Assembly (NCBI GenBank): GCA_043740815.1
Contig: JAYUBO010000219.1
Coordinates: 1-37,019, forward strand
Origin: Frankiales bacterium
Lineage (GTDB): Bacteria; Actinomycetota; Actinomycetes; Mycobacteriales; SCTD01
Direction: 5' to 3'
Length of the DNA: 37,019 bases
Shown here: positions 1 to 9,682 of the stretch, piece after piece
How the letters are laid out: the number at the start of each line of letters is the position of its first letter
How positions within the stretch are numbered: the first letter of the stretch is position 1
The notes under the pieces: generated by a model
The model's database searches: none
What the model was told of the DNA's origin: nothing
The model's input: the letters and a program-made list of their open reading frames with translations, nothing else
Position numbers and translations under genes: made by a program

Positions 1-678
1 CTGCAGGGTCGCGCGCAGATCGGCAAGGGCATGTGGGCGGCGCCCGACAGCCTCGCCGCGATGCTCGACAAGAAGGTGGAGCACCCGCTGGCGGGAGCGA
101 CCTGTGCCTGGGTTCCGTCACCGACCGCCGCAACCCTGCACGCTCTGCACTACCACCAGGTCGACGTCCAGCAACGCCAGCGCGACCTCACCGGTGGGCG
201 GCGCGCCACTCTGGCACAACTGCTCACCATCCCGGTTGGCGAGGGATCTGCGTGGTCGGAGCAGGACCGGCAGGCCGAGCTCGACAACAACCTGCAAGGA
301 ATTCTTGGCTACGTGGTGCGATGGGTCGACGCCGGTGTCGGCTGCTCCAAGGTTCCGGACATCCACGGTGAGGCGCTCATGGAGGACAGGGCGACATGCC
401 GCATCTCCTCCCAGCACGTCGCGAACTGGCTGCTGCACGGCATTGTCACGACTGAGCAGGTCGAGCAGACGCTCCGTCGCATGGCCCTCGTGGTCGATGC
501 GCAGAATGCCGACGACGCGACCTACGTCCCGATGGCTCCGTCCTTTGACGGAGAGGGGTTCCTGGCCGCACGCGAGCTCGTCCTTCACGGTCGCCAGCAG
601 CCGAACGGTTACACCGAGCTGGTCCTACACCGCCGCCGCCAGAGCGCGAAAGCCCTGGCACGAAAGGGATTGACATGA
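1..678 (+). CDS. glcB: Malate synthase G, C-terminal part (truncated by window start)
   Basis: Frame open from base 1: [45 protein letters not shown] (catalytic Asp) and QPNGYTE are malate synthase G signatures. Confidence 0.96.
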   Translation: MQGRAQIGKGMWAAPDSLAAMLDKKVEHPLAGATCAWVPSPTAATLHALHYHQVDVQQRQRDLTGGRRATLAQLLTIPVGEGSAWSEQDRQAELDNNLQGILGYVVRWVDAGVGCSKVPDIHGEALMEDRATCRISSQHVANWLLHGIVTTEQVEQTLRRMALVVDAQNADDATYVPMAPSFDGEGFLAARELVLHGRQQPNGYTELVLHRRRQSAKALARKGLT

Positions 679-1100
679 CCCTTGACCTCAGCGCCGCCCG
701 CGCCCTGATCACTGCTGCGCGCTCCTACGCGCAGGCTGCGGGATTCAAGCCGGTCACCGTGGTTGTCCTGGACGCCGGCGGCCACGTTCTTGCCGCGGAG
801 CGAGAAGACGGCTCGTCCAACAAGCGGTTCGAGATCGCGTACGCCAAGGCGCACGGCGCCATCTCCCTCGGCATAGGCTCGCGCACCCTCATGGAACGCG
901 CTGAGCAGCAGCCCTTTTTTGTCACGGCAGTGACCTCAGCGATCGGGGGCGCCCTCGTCCCGGTCCCGGGCGGCGTACTGGTGCGGGACTCAAGCGGTGG
1001 GCTCGTTGGCGCCGTAGGTGTCTCCGGTGACACCTCGGACAACGACGAACAAGCTGCTGTGGCAGGTGTGGAGGCGTTAGGGCTCGTCGCTCAGCTGTGA
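675..1100 (+). CDS. GlcG/HbpS-family heme-binding protein
   Basis: [36 protein letters not shown] motifs; ATGA overlap with the glcB stop; glcB-glcG adjacency is typical. Confidence 0.9.
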   Translation: MTLDLSAARALITAARSYAQAAGFKPVTVVVLDAGGHVLAAEREDGSSNKRFEIAYAKAHGAISLGIGSRTLMERAEQQPFFVTAVTSAIGGALVPVPGGVLVRDSSGGLVGAVGVSGDTSDNDEQAAVAGVEALGLVAQL

Positions 1101-1147
1101 CACGTCGTGAGGGCAGTGGTGGCCGCCGAGCTTGAGCAGGGCTTTTT

Positions 1148-1585
1148 TTACCAGCTGGTTTCACGCCGTCTTTCCAAGTGGGAGAACGGGCGTGGGGGGG
1201 CCGGGAGGGCTGCCCGCGGGCAGTCATCGAGCGACAGACCGGCGTGTCTGAAGGCGTCGTCGCAAAGCGAGGACGTGGTCCATCCCTTGCGCAGTCCGTA
1301 GGCGGTCAGGGACACGCGAAAGATGGTGACGCTGTAGCGAGCCGGGCTGTCGTAGACGGAGCTGATCGTGCCGATGTGGACCGCCTCGCCAGGCCGGTCG
1401 GCCCCCGGGGCCCAGGGCGCCTCGTACCGGCGCCAGGTGCCGACCCGCGTCCACCAGTGACCGCCCTCGCGGACGTCGTCCTCGGACAGCGCCTTCAGGA
1501 TGGTCCGGGCTGCCGTCTCCGACAGCACGGCAGCCGGCCGGATGACCTCCTGCGCGGCGAAGTCGTTCGTGCCAACTGTCGTCAT
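1148..1585 (-). CDS. Hypothetical protein (145 aa, Trp-rich)
   Basis: ATG at 1585, 2 nt after the GGDEF-EAL stop; coding-like GC-rich third positions; MTTVGTNDFAAQEVIRPAAVL...GGHWWTRVGTWRRYEAPW. Confidence 0.7.
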   Translation of the reverse strand: MTTVGTNDFAAQEVIRPAAVLSETAARTILKALSEDDVREGGHWWTRVGTWRRYEAPWAPGADRPGEAVHIGTISSVYDSPARYSVTIFRVSLTAYGLRKGWTTSSLCDDAFRHAGLSLDDCPRAALPAPPRPFSHLERRRETSW

Positions 1586-1587
1586 CC

Positions 1588-3615
1588 TCACAGCCTCGAC
1601 AGGGGTACGCGCGCACCCAACGGGCTGGGGCGACCGAACAGGTAGCCCTGCCCGTGGCTGCAGCCCATCGCCCGGAGCATGTCGAGCTGGGCCTCGTTCT
1701 CGATGCCCTCGGCGACCGTCTTCAGACCCAGGTCGGCGCACATGCCCAGGACTGCCTTGACGATGGCCTGAGCGCTGGGGTCGGTCAGGAGGGGCGCCAC
1801 GAAGGACATGTCGATCTTCACGACGTCCACCGGAAACTGGCGCAGCAAGCAGAGCGAGGAGTAGCCGGTGCCGAAGTCGTCCAAGGAGATGTGTACGCCG
1901 AGCTCGGAAAGCTCCTGCAGCTCCCGCGCCAGGGTCGACGTCGCGGAGATAAGTGCTGTCTCGGTGATTTCCAGGTGCAGCCGTTCAGGAGCCAGGCCGG
2001 ACTCCACCAAGGCCTGGGTGACGTCCGCGGCGACACCAGGGCGGGTCAGTTGGGACGGTGAGGCGTTGACGGCCACCCAGGTGCCCGTCGGAAGGCCCCC
2101 CGAACGTGTCGCGTCTTCGCAGGATTGCTTCAGCATCCACCAGCCCAGCGGGTGGATCAGGCCGCTGCTCTCAGCCAGCTCGAGGAACTGCGCCGGCGGG
2201 AGCAGCCCGTGCTGAGGGTGTTCCCAGCGGACGAGGGCCTCGTGACCGATCACCGCTAGGTTGTCAAGTGACACAACGGGCTGGTAGTAGGCGCGCATCT
2301 CGTCGGCGCCGAGTGAGACGCGGAGCTCGTCTTCTAGCTGGAGGTCGGCTCGGGTCGCGATCCGGTCTACGGCTGGGTCGAAGGCGATGTAGCGGGCGCG
2401 GCCGAGTCGCTTCGCCCTGAGAAGGGCCAGGTCGGCGCGCATGAGGACGTCGTCCGCGCTGTCGGGGTGCGCGCCAATGGTGCCGCCCAGTGAGAGCGAC
2501 ACGGCGTGCTGATGACCGCCGAGCTGGAACGGCGCTTCGAGGGCTGCGGTCATCCGCTGGGCGATGCTGGCCAGTTCGGCGTGGCTCGAGACGCCTTCGA
2601 AGATCATGACGAACTCGTCGCCTCCCACGCGGCCGAGCAGGTCCTCGGGACGCAGCGGCCCACGGAGGCGCTCGGCGACCTGCATCAACAGGTGGTCGCC
2701 CGCCGCGTGACCGAGCGAATCGTTCACGAGCTTGAACCGATCGACGTCGCAATAGAGGACACCGACACCGCCCCCCGGGTGGTCCTCCAGAGCGGAGGCG
2801 AGCCACTGCCTGGTCAAGAAGCGGTTCGGGGCCCCTGTCAGGCCGTCGTGGAGCGCGCGGTTCGCGAGCTCGAGCTCGGCTTCGCGACGACTGGTGATGT
2901 CCTCGAGCTGCAGCACCACCCGCGCGCCCGAGCCCGCCGTGCCCAAGGCGGCGGCTGTGAGGCGGCCCCAGACAGGCTCCGCTCCGAACAGGAGCAGCCG
3001 GTCGGCCTGAACGTTCTTGCCGTCCGCAGCAAGGACAGCCGCCCAGAACTCCCGGATCGGTTGACCGGTCTGGTCAGACAGGATGTCGCTGAGGTGCATG
3101 CGGGTCATCTCGTGCTCGCGCCAGCCGCTCATCCGCACGAGGGCCTCGTTGACGACCAGGATGTTGCCGTCCGCGTCCAGCAGGGCTCCACCGATAGGGG
3201 AGTGCTCGAAGGCCACCCGCCATTGGTGCTCGGAGGCGGCAAGCAGGTCCGCCGCCTCTACCTCATGGGTCACATCACGACCGACGACCAGGATCGGTGT
3301 CCCTGGCTCGTCGGCCAACAGCTTGGCCGAGACGTCCAGCCAGGACGTCCCCGACGGCAGGGTGGTCTGGAGGGTCATCCGGGCGCTTCCGGTCGTGAGG
3401 ACCCGGTGGGACAGCTCTCGACCGGCGGCCCGTTGAGTCTCGTCGAGAACGACGGTGGCCAGGCCTACGGTGGCCGCAGCTTCAAGGGACGAGCCGAGCA
3501 ATCGGGACACGTTCTCACTGGCAGCCAACAGCTCGCCGGTGAGCGCGATACGCATGACGAAGTCCGCGTCCGTCGCGGCGATGACGGGCACACCGTTAAA
3601 GGGCGCTGGGGTCAT
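1588..3615 (-). CDS. PAS-GGDEF-EAL diguanylate cyclase/phosphodiesterase
   Basis: HDGLTGAPNR, DVDRFKLVNDSLGH, RPED I-site five residues before GGDEF, EALVRW, DDFGTGYSSL, AEGIE, QGYLFGRP; two PAS-like segments; probable ATG at 3615. Confidence 0.93.
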   Translation of the reverse strand: MTPAPFNGVPVIAATDADFVMRIALTGELLAASENVSRLLGSSLEAAATVGLATVVLDETQRAAGRELSHRVLTTGSARMTLQTTLPSGTSWLDVSAKLLADEPGTPILVVGRDVTHEVEAADLLAASEHQWRVAFEHSPIGGALLDADGNILVVNEALVRMSGWREHEMTRMHLSDILSDQTGQPIREFWAAVLAADGKNVQADRLLLFGAEPVWGRLTAAALGTAGSGARVVLQLEDITSRREAELELANRALHDGLTGAPNRFLTRQWLASALEDHPGGGVGVLYCDVDRFKLVNDSLGHAAGDHLLMQVAERLRGPLRPEDLLGRVGGDEFVMIFEGVSSHAELASIAQRMTAALEAPFQLGGHQHAVSLSLGGTIGAHPDSADDVLMRADLALLRAKRLGRARYIAFDPAVDRIATRADLQLEDELRVSLGADEMRAYYQPVVSLDNLAVIGHEALVRWEHPQHGLLPPAQFLELAESSGLIHPLGWWMLKQSCEDATRSGGLPTGTWVAVNASPSQLTRPGVAADVTQALVESGLAPERLHLEITETALISATSTLARELQELSELGVHISLDDFGTGYSSLCLLRQFPVDVVKIDMSFVAPLLTDPSAQAIVKAVLGMCADLGLKTVAEGIENEAQLDMLRAMGCSHGQGYLFGRPSPLGARVPLSRL

Positions 3616-3623
3616 GCCCTCAT

Positions 3624-3650
3624 GTCGACAGGTTTGGCCCAAAGGTTGAC
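3624..3650 (-). promoter_or_regulatory. Possible sigma28/FliA-type promoter of the GGDEF-EAL gene
   Basis: Minus strand GTCA-N17-GTCGAC ending 8 nt before the ATG; resembles the CTCA-N15-17-GCCGA pattern recalled for actinobacterial FliA promoters. Confidence 0.3.
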
Positions 3651-3821
3651 CCCTGGCCGAGACGCAATCCGCTGTTGACCTGTTGGGCCGTTCGGAGCAG
3701 TAGCTGGGGCACAACAGGAGCACGTGCCGGGCGTCGGCTGAACAGCGTCCAACGTGCGACCGATCGGGCGCGGCGCGACAGCGTGCAGACGGAGGGTCCA
3801 TGGGAAACAGGACGGGGGCGT

Positions 3822-3827
3822 TACGCT
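3822..3827 (+). promoter_or_regulatory. -10 box of a probable leaderless transcript
   Basis: TACGCT (TANNNT) 6 nt before GTG 3834, with no SD between them. Confidence 0.5.
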
Positions 3828-3833
3828 CCCGCG

Positions 3834-4898
3834 GTGACCGAGGTGTCGGAGTCTGTGAGCCCAACCCGGCCGGGTGCCAGCCAGGAGCCCGATGTCCGGC
3901 TGCACGGCGTGACGAAGCGCTTCGCCGACGTTCTCGCTGTTGACGATCTGTCTCTTGAGGTCTACCCGGGCGAGTTCTTCGCACTGTTGGGCCCGTCCGG
4001 ATCGGGCAAGACCACGTGCTTGCGGATGATCGCCGGTTTCGAACAGCCGACGGCTGGCACCGTGTGGCTGGCCGGCCGGGACGTCACGCAGGTCGCGCCG
4101 TTCCAGCGCGAGGTCAACACCGTCTTCCAGGACTATGCGCTGTTCCCGCACATGACGGTCGACGATAACGTGGCGTACGGCCTCAGGGTCCGGAAGGTTC
4201 CCAAGGCCGAGCGGCTGGAGCGGGTGCAGGAGGCGTTGCGCACAGTTCGGCTTGTGGGGTACGGCGACCGCCGCCCCGGTCAGCTCTCGGGTGGCCAGCG
4301 CCAGCGGGTCGCGCTTGCCCGGGCGCTAATCAACCGTCCGAAGGTGCTACTGCTGGACGAGCCGCTCGGCGCGCTCGACCGCAAGTTGCGTGAGCAGATG
4401 CAGTTCGAGCTCAAGTCCCTGCAGCGCGAGCTTGGCATCACGTTCGTGTTCGTCACGCACGACCAGGACGAGGCGTTGACCATGTCCGACCGGATTGCGG
4501 TCTTCAAGGACGGCAAAGTCGAGCAGGTCGGCACCCCCGAGGACGTGTACGACCGTCCGGACACCCCCTTCGTCGCCGACTTCATCGGCACCACCAACGT
4601 CGTCGAGGGTGTCGCCGCGGTCACCCTGTTCGGCACCGAGGGCCCTTACGCGCTGCGTCCCGAGCGTCTGCAGCTGCTCGTTGGCGAGCACACCCCCGGA
4701 CCCGGACGGGGTGCGGCCACCGGCCGCGTCGTCGACCTTGTCTCCGCGGGTGCCCAGTTCCGGCGGGTGGTCGCTCTCGACCTCGGCCCGAGCTGGGTGG
4801 TGACCACCCCGGCCACCGGCGATTCCTCACACGGCCCGCGCCGAGGTGACCGGGTGACACTCACGTGGCACGACGATGCGGCACGACGACTCGGTTGA
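3834..4898 (+). CDS. Polyamine-type ABC transporter ATP-binding protein (PotA/YdcT-like)
   Basis: GPSGSGKT Walker A, NTVFQDYALFPHM, LSGGQRQR, LLLDEPLGALD, VTHDQDEA; TOBE-like C-terminus. Confidence 0.92.
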   Translation: MTEVSESVSPTRPGASQEPDVRLHGVTKRFADVLAVDDLSLEVYPGEFFALLGPSGSGKTTCLRMIAGFEQPTAGTVWLAGRDVTQVAPFQREVNTVFQDYALFPHMTVDDNVAYGLRVRKVPKAERLERVQEALRTVRLVGYGDRRPGQLSGGQRQRVALARALINRPKVLLLDEPLGALDRKLREQMQFELKSLQRELGITFVFVTHDQDEALTMSDRIAVFKDGKVEQVGTPEDVYDRPDTPFVADFIGTTNVVEGVAAVTLFGTEGPYALRPERLQLLVGEHTPGPGRGAATGRVVDLVSAGAQFRRVVALDLGPSWVVTTPATGDSSHGPRRGDRVTLTWHDDAARRLG

Positions 4899-4943
4899 AC
4901 CACTCCGTTCACACAGCGCGAATGAAACAGAGAGAAGGACACC

Positions 4944-6149
4944 ATGTACGGACGGCACAGAACGCTGGCAGTGATGTCGGGGCTTGTCGCATCGGTGCTG
5001 CTCGCCGCCGGGTGCGGCAGCTCCAGCAGCTCCAGCAAAAGCAACAACGCCGCGCCGGCCGTCCCCAAAGTCCCTCTGCAGAAAACGGTCGGTCCTGGTG
5101 AGGGCCAGCTCGACCTGGTGAACTGGGCCGGATACGCCGAGGACGGCACCAACGACAAGACCGTGGACTGGGTGCACCCCTTCGAGAAGGCCACCGGCTG
5201 CAAGGTCAACGACAAGATCGGCAACACCTCCGACGAGATGGTCACGCTGATGAAGTCCGGTCAGTACGACGGTGTCTCGGCCTCTGGGGACGCCACCCTT
5301 CGGTTGGTCTACGGCGGCGATGTCGCCCCGGTGGCCACCGCGCTGGTCCCCAACTACGCCAGCATTCAACCTTTCTTGAAGGACCGTCCCTGGAACTCCG
5401 TGAACGGCCAGATGTACGGCATCCCGCACGGCTGGGGTGCCAACCTGTTGATGTACAACGCGGCGTCGGTCAGGCCGGCACCAACCTCGTGGAGTGCGGT
5501 GTTCGACCCGAACTCGCCGTACAAGGGCAAGGTGACGGCGTATGACTCGCCCATCTACATCGCTGATGCGGCGCTCTACCTGAAGGCGACCAAGCCGGAC
5601 CTGAAGATCACCAACCCCTATGCGCTGGACAAGACCCAGCTTGCTGCCGCAGTGGTCCTGCTGAAGGCGCAGCGCAAGAACGTCGGCGAGTACTGGGCTG
5701 ACTACACCAAGGAGGTGCAGGCCTTCGAGTCGCGCAACAGCGTCGTCGGTACCACCTGGCAGGTGATCGCGAACCTGGTGGCGGCGGACAAGAAGGTGGG
5801 GGTACAGGCGATCACCCCCAAGGAAGGCACCACCGGCTGGTCGGACACCTGGATGATCGCCGCCAAAGCCAAGCATCCGAACTGCATGTACAAGTGGATG
5901 AACTGGATCACGTCGGCAAAGGTCAACGCCCAGGTGGCCGAGTGGTTCGGGGAGGCGCCGGCGCAGTCCCTGGCGTGTACCGAGACCGCCGACAAGGGCT
6001 TCTGTACGACCTATCACGCAGCGGACAAGGCCTACTCGGACGCGATCGCGTACTGGACCACCCCGACCACCCACTGCCTGGACGGACGGGGCAACATCTG
6101 CACCGACTACGCCGCCTGGACCCAGGCGTGGACCGACATCAAGGGCTGA
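4944..6149 (+). CDS. Polyamine-type ABC substrate-binding lipoprotein (PotD/YdcS-like)
   Basis: SD AAGGA; lipobox LAAGC plus Ser linker; WAGYAE, ASGDA, GWGANLLMYN, PKEGTTGWSDTWM. Confidence 0.9.
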   Translation: MYGRHRTLAVMSGLVASVLLAAGCGSSSSSSKSNNAAPAVPKVPLQKTVGPGEGQLDLVNWAGYAEDGTNDKTVDWVHPFEKATGCKVNDKIGNTSDEMVTLMKSGQYDGVSASGDATLRLVYGGDVAPVATALVPNYASIQPFLKDRPWNSVNGQMYGIPHGWGANLLMYNAASVRPAPTSWSAVFDPNSPYKGKVTAYDSPIYIADAALYLKATKPDLKITNPYALDKTQLAAAVVLLKAQRKNVGEYWADYTKEVQAFESRNSVVGTTWQVIANLVAADKKVGVQAITPKEGTTGWSDTWMIAAKAKHPNCMYKWMNWITSAKVNAQVAEWFGEAPAQSLACTETADKGFCTTYHAADKAYSDAIAYWTTPTTHCLDGRGNICTDYAAWTQAWTDIKG

Positions 6150-7009
6150 CGCAGCGCGGGTCTGGCTGGCTGCATCGCCACGCCAACGCCCGGCTGCTCG
6201 GCCTGCTGTCGCTGCCCGCAGCGTGGCTCGTGCTCGCCTACCTCGGCGCGCTCGTGGCCATGCTGCTGGCCGCGTTCTGGACCACCAACGACTTCACCGG
6301 CGCGATTGAGCACACCACCACGCTCACCAATTTCACGGCGCTGGTGACCCAGCCGGTGTACCGGACGATCGCGGTGCGCTCGCTCGGGGTAGCGGCGCTC
6401 GTCACGCTCGTCGATGCCGTGGTAGCCATGCCGATGGCCTATTACATGGCCAAGGTGGCTTCGCCCCGGGTGCGGCGGATGCTGTTGGTGGCGGTGCTCA
6501 CGCCCCTGTGGGCGTCGTACCTGGTGAAGGCCTATGCCTGGCGCGTGATGTTGGCCAATGGCGGGGTCATCGACTGGCTACTGGCCCCTGTCGGGCTGCA
6601 CGGACCGGGCTACGGCCTGCTGGCGACGGTCCTGACCCTGTCCTACCTGTGGTTGCCGTTCATGGTGCTGCCGCTGTTCGCCGGGCTCGAACGCATCCCT
6701 GACACCTTGCTCGAGGCGTCGGCGGACCAGGGGGCGCGGGCCGGACGGACGTTCCGGTCGATTGTCCTGCCGCTGTTGTACCCCGCACTGTTCGCCGGCG
6801 CCCTCTTCACGTTCTCCCTGTCGTTGGGGGACTACATCACGGTGAAGATCGTGGGCGGCGCCACCCAGCTGGCCAGCAACGTGATCTACGACAACATCAC
6901 CACCGGTGGCAACCTGCCGTTTGCCGCTGCGGCGGCCTTCTTCCCCATCCTGGTCATGGTTTTCTTCCTGGTCGGAGCACGACGCACCGGCGCACTGGAC
7001 GAGCTGTAG
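6128..7009 (+). CDS. Polyamine-type ABC permease (PotB/YdcU-like); start uncertain
   Basis: PLWASYLVKAYAWR, LPFMVLPL, EASADQGA (EAA loop), SLGDYI; candidate starts GTG 6128, CTG 6146/ACG 6149, GTG 6230. Confidence 0.88.
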   Translation: MDRHQGLTQRGSGWLHRHANARLLGLLSLPAAWLVLAYLGALVAMLLAAFWTTNDFTGAIEHTTTLTNFTALVTQPVYRTIAVRSLGVAALVTLVDAVVAMPMAYYMAKVASPRVRRMLLVAVLTPLWASYLVKAYAWRVMLANGGVIDWLLAPVGLHGPGYGLLATVLTLSYLWLPFMVLPLFAGLERIPDTLLEASADQGARAGRTFRSIVLPLLYPALFAGALFTFSLSLGDYITVKIVGGATQLASNVIYDNITTGGNLPFAAAAAFFPILVMVFFLVGARRTGALDEL

Positions 7010-7807
7010 ATGCTGGGGAGCCGGGGACGTCGCCTGCTCGCCGGGCTGATGGCGCTCGGGCTGCTGATCGTCTACCTGCCGCTGGCAGTGGTGCTCCTCA
7101 ACAGCTTCAACAGCTCCCGGACGTTCAGCTGGCCGCCCACCTCCCTCACCACGCACTGGTGGTCGCAGGCCTGGGACAGCCAAGGTGCGCGGAGTGCGCT
7201 GCGGACCAGCGTCGAGGCGGGGCTGGGCGCGACCGCGATCGCGCTGCTGCTGGGCACGATGGCCGCCTTCGCCGTGGCCCGGTACAGGTGGTTCGGCCGC
7301 AGCACGGTGTCCTTCCTGGTGCTGCTCCCCATCGCGCTGCCCGGAATCGTTACGGGCATTGCGCTGAACAACGCCTTCCGGGTTGCGGGCACCACGTTTG
7401 GCCTGGTGACGATCATCATCGGCCACTCGACGTTCTGCATCGTGCTGGTCTACAACAACGCGCTCGCCCGGCTGCGCAGGGTGGGGGGCACCCTGGAGGA
7501 GGCGTCCATGGACCTGGGTGCCGGGGTCTGGCAGACCTTTCGCTTCGTCACCTTTCCGCTGCTGCGGTCGGCCCTGTTGGCCGGCGCCCTGCTGGCATTT
7601 GCCCTGTCCTTCGACGAGATCATCGTCACGACGTTCACCGCCGCGCCGGGGGTGCAGACCCTGCCGCTGTGGATCTTCGCGAACCTGTTTCGACCCAACC
7701 AGGCGCCGGTGATCAACGTGGTGGCGGCCGGGTTGGTCGTGCTGTCGGTGATCCCGGTCTGGCTCGCGCAGCGAGTGTCCGGCGAGCCGGCCGGCGTGCG
7801 GCGCTGA
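7010..7807 (+). CDS. Polyamine-type ABC permease (PotC/YdcV-like)
   Basis: LPIALPGIVTGI, LEEASMDLGA, LSFDEIIVTTF, QTLPLWI; ATG directly after the upstream TAG. Confidence 0.92.
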   Translation: MLGSRGRRLLAGLMALGLLIVYLPLAVVLLNSFNSSRTFSWPPTSLTTHWWSQAWDSQGARSALRTSVEAGLGATAIALLLGTMAAFAVARYRWFGRSTVSFLVLLPIALPGIVTGIALNNAFRVAGTTFGLVTIIIGHSTFCIVLVYNNALARLRRVGGTLEEASMDLGAGVWQTFRFVTFPLLRSALLAGALLAFALSFDEIIVTTFTAAPGVQTLPLWIFANLFRPNQAPVINVVAAGLVVLSVIPVWLAQRVSGEPAGVRR

Positions 7808-7811
7808 GTCG

Positions 7812-8696
7812 CTACGCCTCCGCGCGGGTGAGGAAGTCGTTCATCGTCCGCATGCAGTCTTCGCGCTCTTCATAGAAAGGCATATGCGCACTTTTCTCGA
7901 ACAGGGCGAACTCTGAACCGGGGAGGTGGTTGTGCATCAGCTCCATGTGCTCCGGGGTGCACTCGTCATAGCGGCCGGCGATGAACAAGGTCGGCAGGGT
8001 GATCTCCTTCAGCCGGTCCAAGATGTCCCACTCCTTGAGGTTGCCGATGACCTTGAAGTCGCTGGGCCCCACCATCGTCATGTAGATTTCTATGCCGACG
8101 TTGGCGAAGGACTCCTCGAGACCTCTGGGCCAGGGCTGCAAGCGACAGATGTAGGTCTGGTACCAGATCGCAATCGCTCCCTGGTACTCCGGACAGTTGT
8201 AGAACTCGTTGTCCTCGTGATAATCGATGGTGTCCTGCACGTCCTGGGGCAGCAAAGCCTTCAGCCGGGCGGTGTCCTGCGACAGTCGCGGCATGCTCGC
8301 CAGGCTGTTGGACACGATCAGGCTGACCAGGTCCGTCGTGCGGTCGAGCACGTACTGCTGCGCCAGCATGCCACCCCAGGAGTTACCGAACAGGTGGTGA
8401 CGATCGAGGCCGAGCTGCTCGCGGACGGCGTCGACCTCACGTAGCGAACGGTCCATCGTCCACAGCGATGTGTCGCTGGGCGTCTCGGACTTCCCGCAGC
8501 CCAACTGGTCCCAGAAGATGACTCGACGGCGGTCGGCCAGGTCCTCCAGCGGCGTCAGGTAGTTGTGCGCGAAGCCGGGTCCGCCGTGGGCGACCAGCAG
8601 CGGCGGCAGGTCCCCTTCCTCCCCCACGGACTTGTACCAGACCTTCCCCCCGGGAACGTCGAGCGTGCCTTCTTGGGTACGCAGTGCGGCGGTCAC
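7812..8696 (-). CDS. Proline iminopeptidase-family peptidase / L-amino acid amidase (S33)
   Basis: HGGPG, DQLGCGKS, nucleophile GNSWGG, GRYDE, SAHMPFYEE; GTG start overlapping the upstream stop (GTGA). Confidence 0.9.
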   Translation of the reverse strand: MTAALRTQEGTLDVPGGKVWYKSVGEEGDLPPLLVAHGGPGFAHNYLTPLEDLADRRRVIFWDQLGCGKSETPSDTSLWTMDRSLREVDAVREQLGLDRHHLFGNSWGGMLAQQYVLDRTTDLVSLIVSNSLASMPRLSQDTARLKALLPQDVQDTIDYHEDNEFYNCPEYQGAIAIWYQTYICRLQPWPRGLEESFANVGIEIYMTMVGPSDFKVIGNLKEWDILDRLKEITLPTLFIAGRYDECTPEHMELMHNHLPGSEFALFEKSAHMPFYEEREDCMRTMNDFLTRAEA

Positions 8697-9682
8697 AGTT
8701 CTCCCTCGGATCGACCAACAGGTGGCGTGCTTGCAACGAGCCAGCATCGGGACCGCACGGTCTCCGACACCAAAAAAAGTGGCGGTTCTTCGGCGCACCG
8801 GTCGTGCGCGTGACCGCATCGACCCCGGAACAGGCAGCCGTCCTCGGCAAGGAAGCCCCGGTCAGGGCGTTGCGTGAGTGACATGCCCTGGTGTGGCACC
8901 GAGTCCAGCAGCAACTGGCTGTACGGGTGAGCTGCCGCGTGGAAGACCTGTTCCACCGGGCCCTGCTCCATCAGCTGTCCGCGGTAGAGCACCAGGACGC
9001 GGTCGGCCACCTGACGAATGACAGCCAGGTCGTGCGAGATGAAGATGTAGGTCAGAGCGAGCTCGGCGCGCAGGTCACTGAGAAGGTTCAGGATCTGGGC
9101 CTGGATCGAGACATCAAGAGCCGACACCGCTTCGTCGAGCACGATGACCGAGGGCTCCGCTGCCAACGCCCGGGCTATGGCAAGGCGCTGACGTTGACCC
9201 CCGGACAGCGAGCGGGGTACCGCGGTGGCGTAGCTCGCTCCGAGCCCTACGGCCTCGAGCAGCTCTGCCGTGCGTGCGGTGCGCTCGGCCTGGCTCCGGT
9301 CGAAGTGAACGCGCTGCACCTCATCGAGCACCAGGCCCACCGGCTGCCGTGGGTCCAGCGAGGAGTAGGGGTCCTGAAACACCATCTGGATCCGCCTGGC
9401 ATGCCTTTTGCGGTCGGCGGCTTTTGGCGGCTCCGGCAGCGTCTCGCCGTTGACCGTGATGGTGCCTGAGCTGGGCACCTCGAGCCCCACGAGCATCCGG
9501 GCCAGCGTGGACTTCCCAGAGCCGGACTCGCCGGCGATGCCGAGGCATTCAGCTTGCCCGACGGTCAACGAGATGTCGCGGACAGCGTGGACATCATTGT
9601 TCTGGGCCGAACGCTTGCGCCGGGCATGGAAGGTCTTCGACAGTCCTTGCACCCTGACCGCGTCGTTCGTGGGGTCAGTCAC
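8693..9682 (-). CDS. Oligopeptide/dipeptide ABC ATP-binding protein (OppF-like)
   Basis: GESGSGKST, QMVFQDPYSSLDPR, LSGGQRQR, DEAVSALDVSIQAQILNLL, HPY motif, Cys-rich tail. Confidence 0.93.
   Translation of the reverse strand: MTDPTNDAVRVQGLSKTFHARRKRSAQNNDVHAVRDISLTVGQAECLGIAGESGSGKSTLARMLVGLEVPSSGTITVNGETLPEPPKAADRKRHARRIQMVFQDPYSSLDPRQPVGLVLDEVQRVHFDRSQAERTARTAELLEAVGLGASYATAVPRSLSGGQRQRLAIARALAAEPSVIVLDEAVSALDVSIQAQILNLLSDLRAELALTYIFISHDLAVIRQVADRVLVLYRGQLMEQGPVEQVFHAAAHPYSQLLLDSVPHQGMSLTQRPDRGFLAEDGCLFRGRCGHAHDRCAEEPPLFLVSETVRSRCWLVASTPPVGRSEGEL

Noticed and set aside
1101-1150. T7 tract after glcG as an intrinsic terminator
   Set aside because: No convincing compact stem directly before the T-run; only an imperfect long-loop pairing
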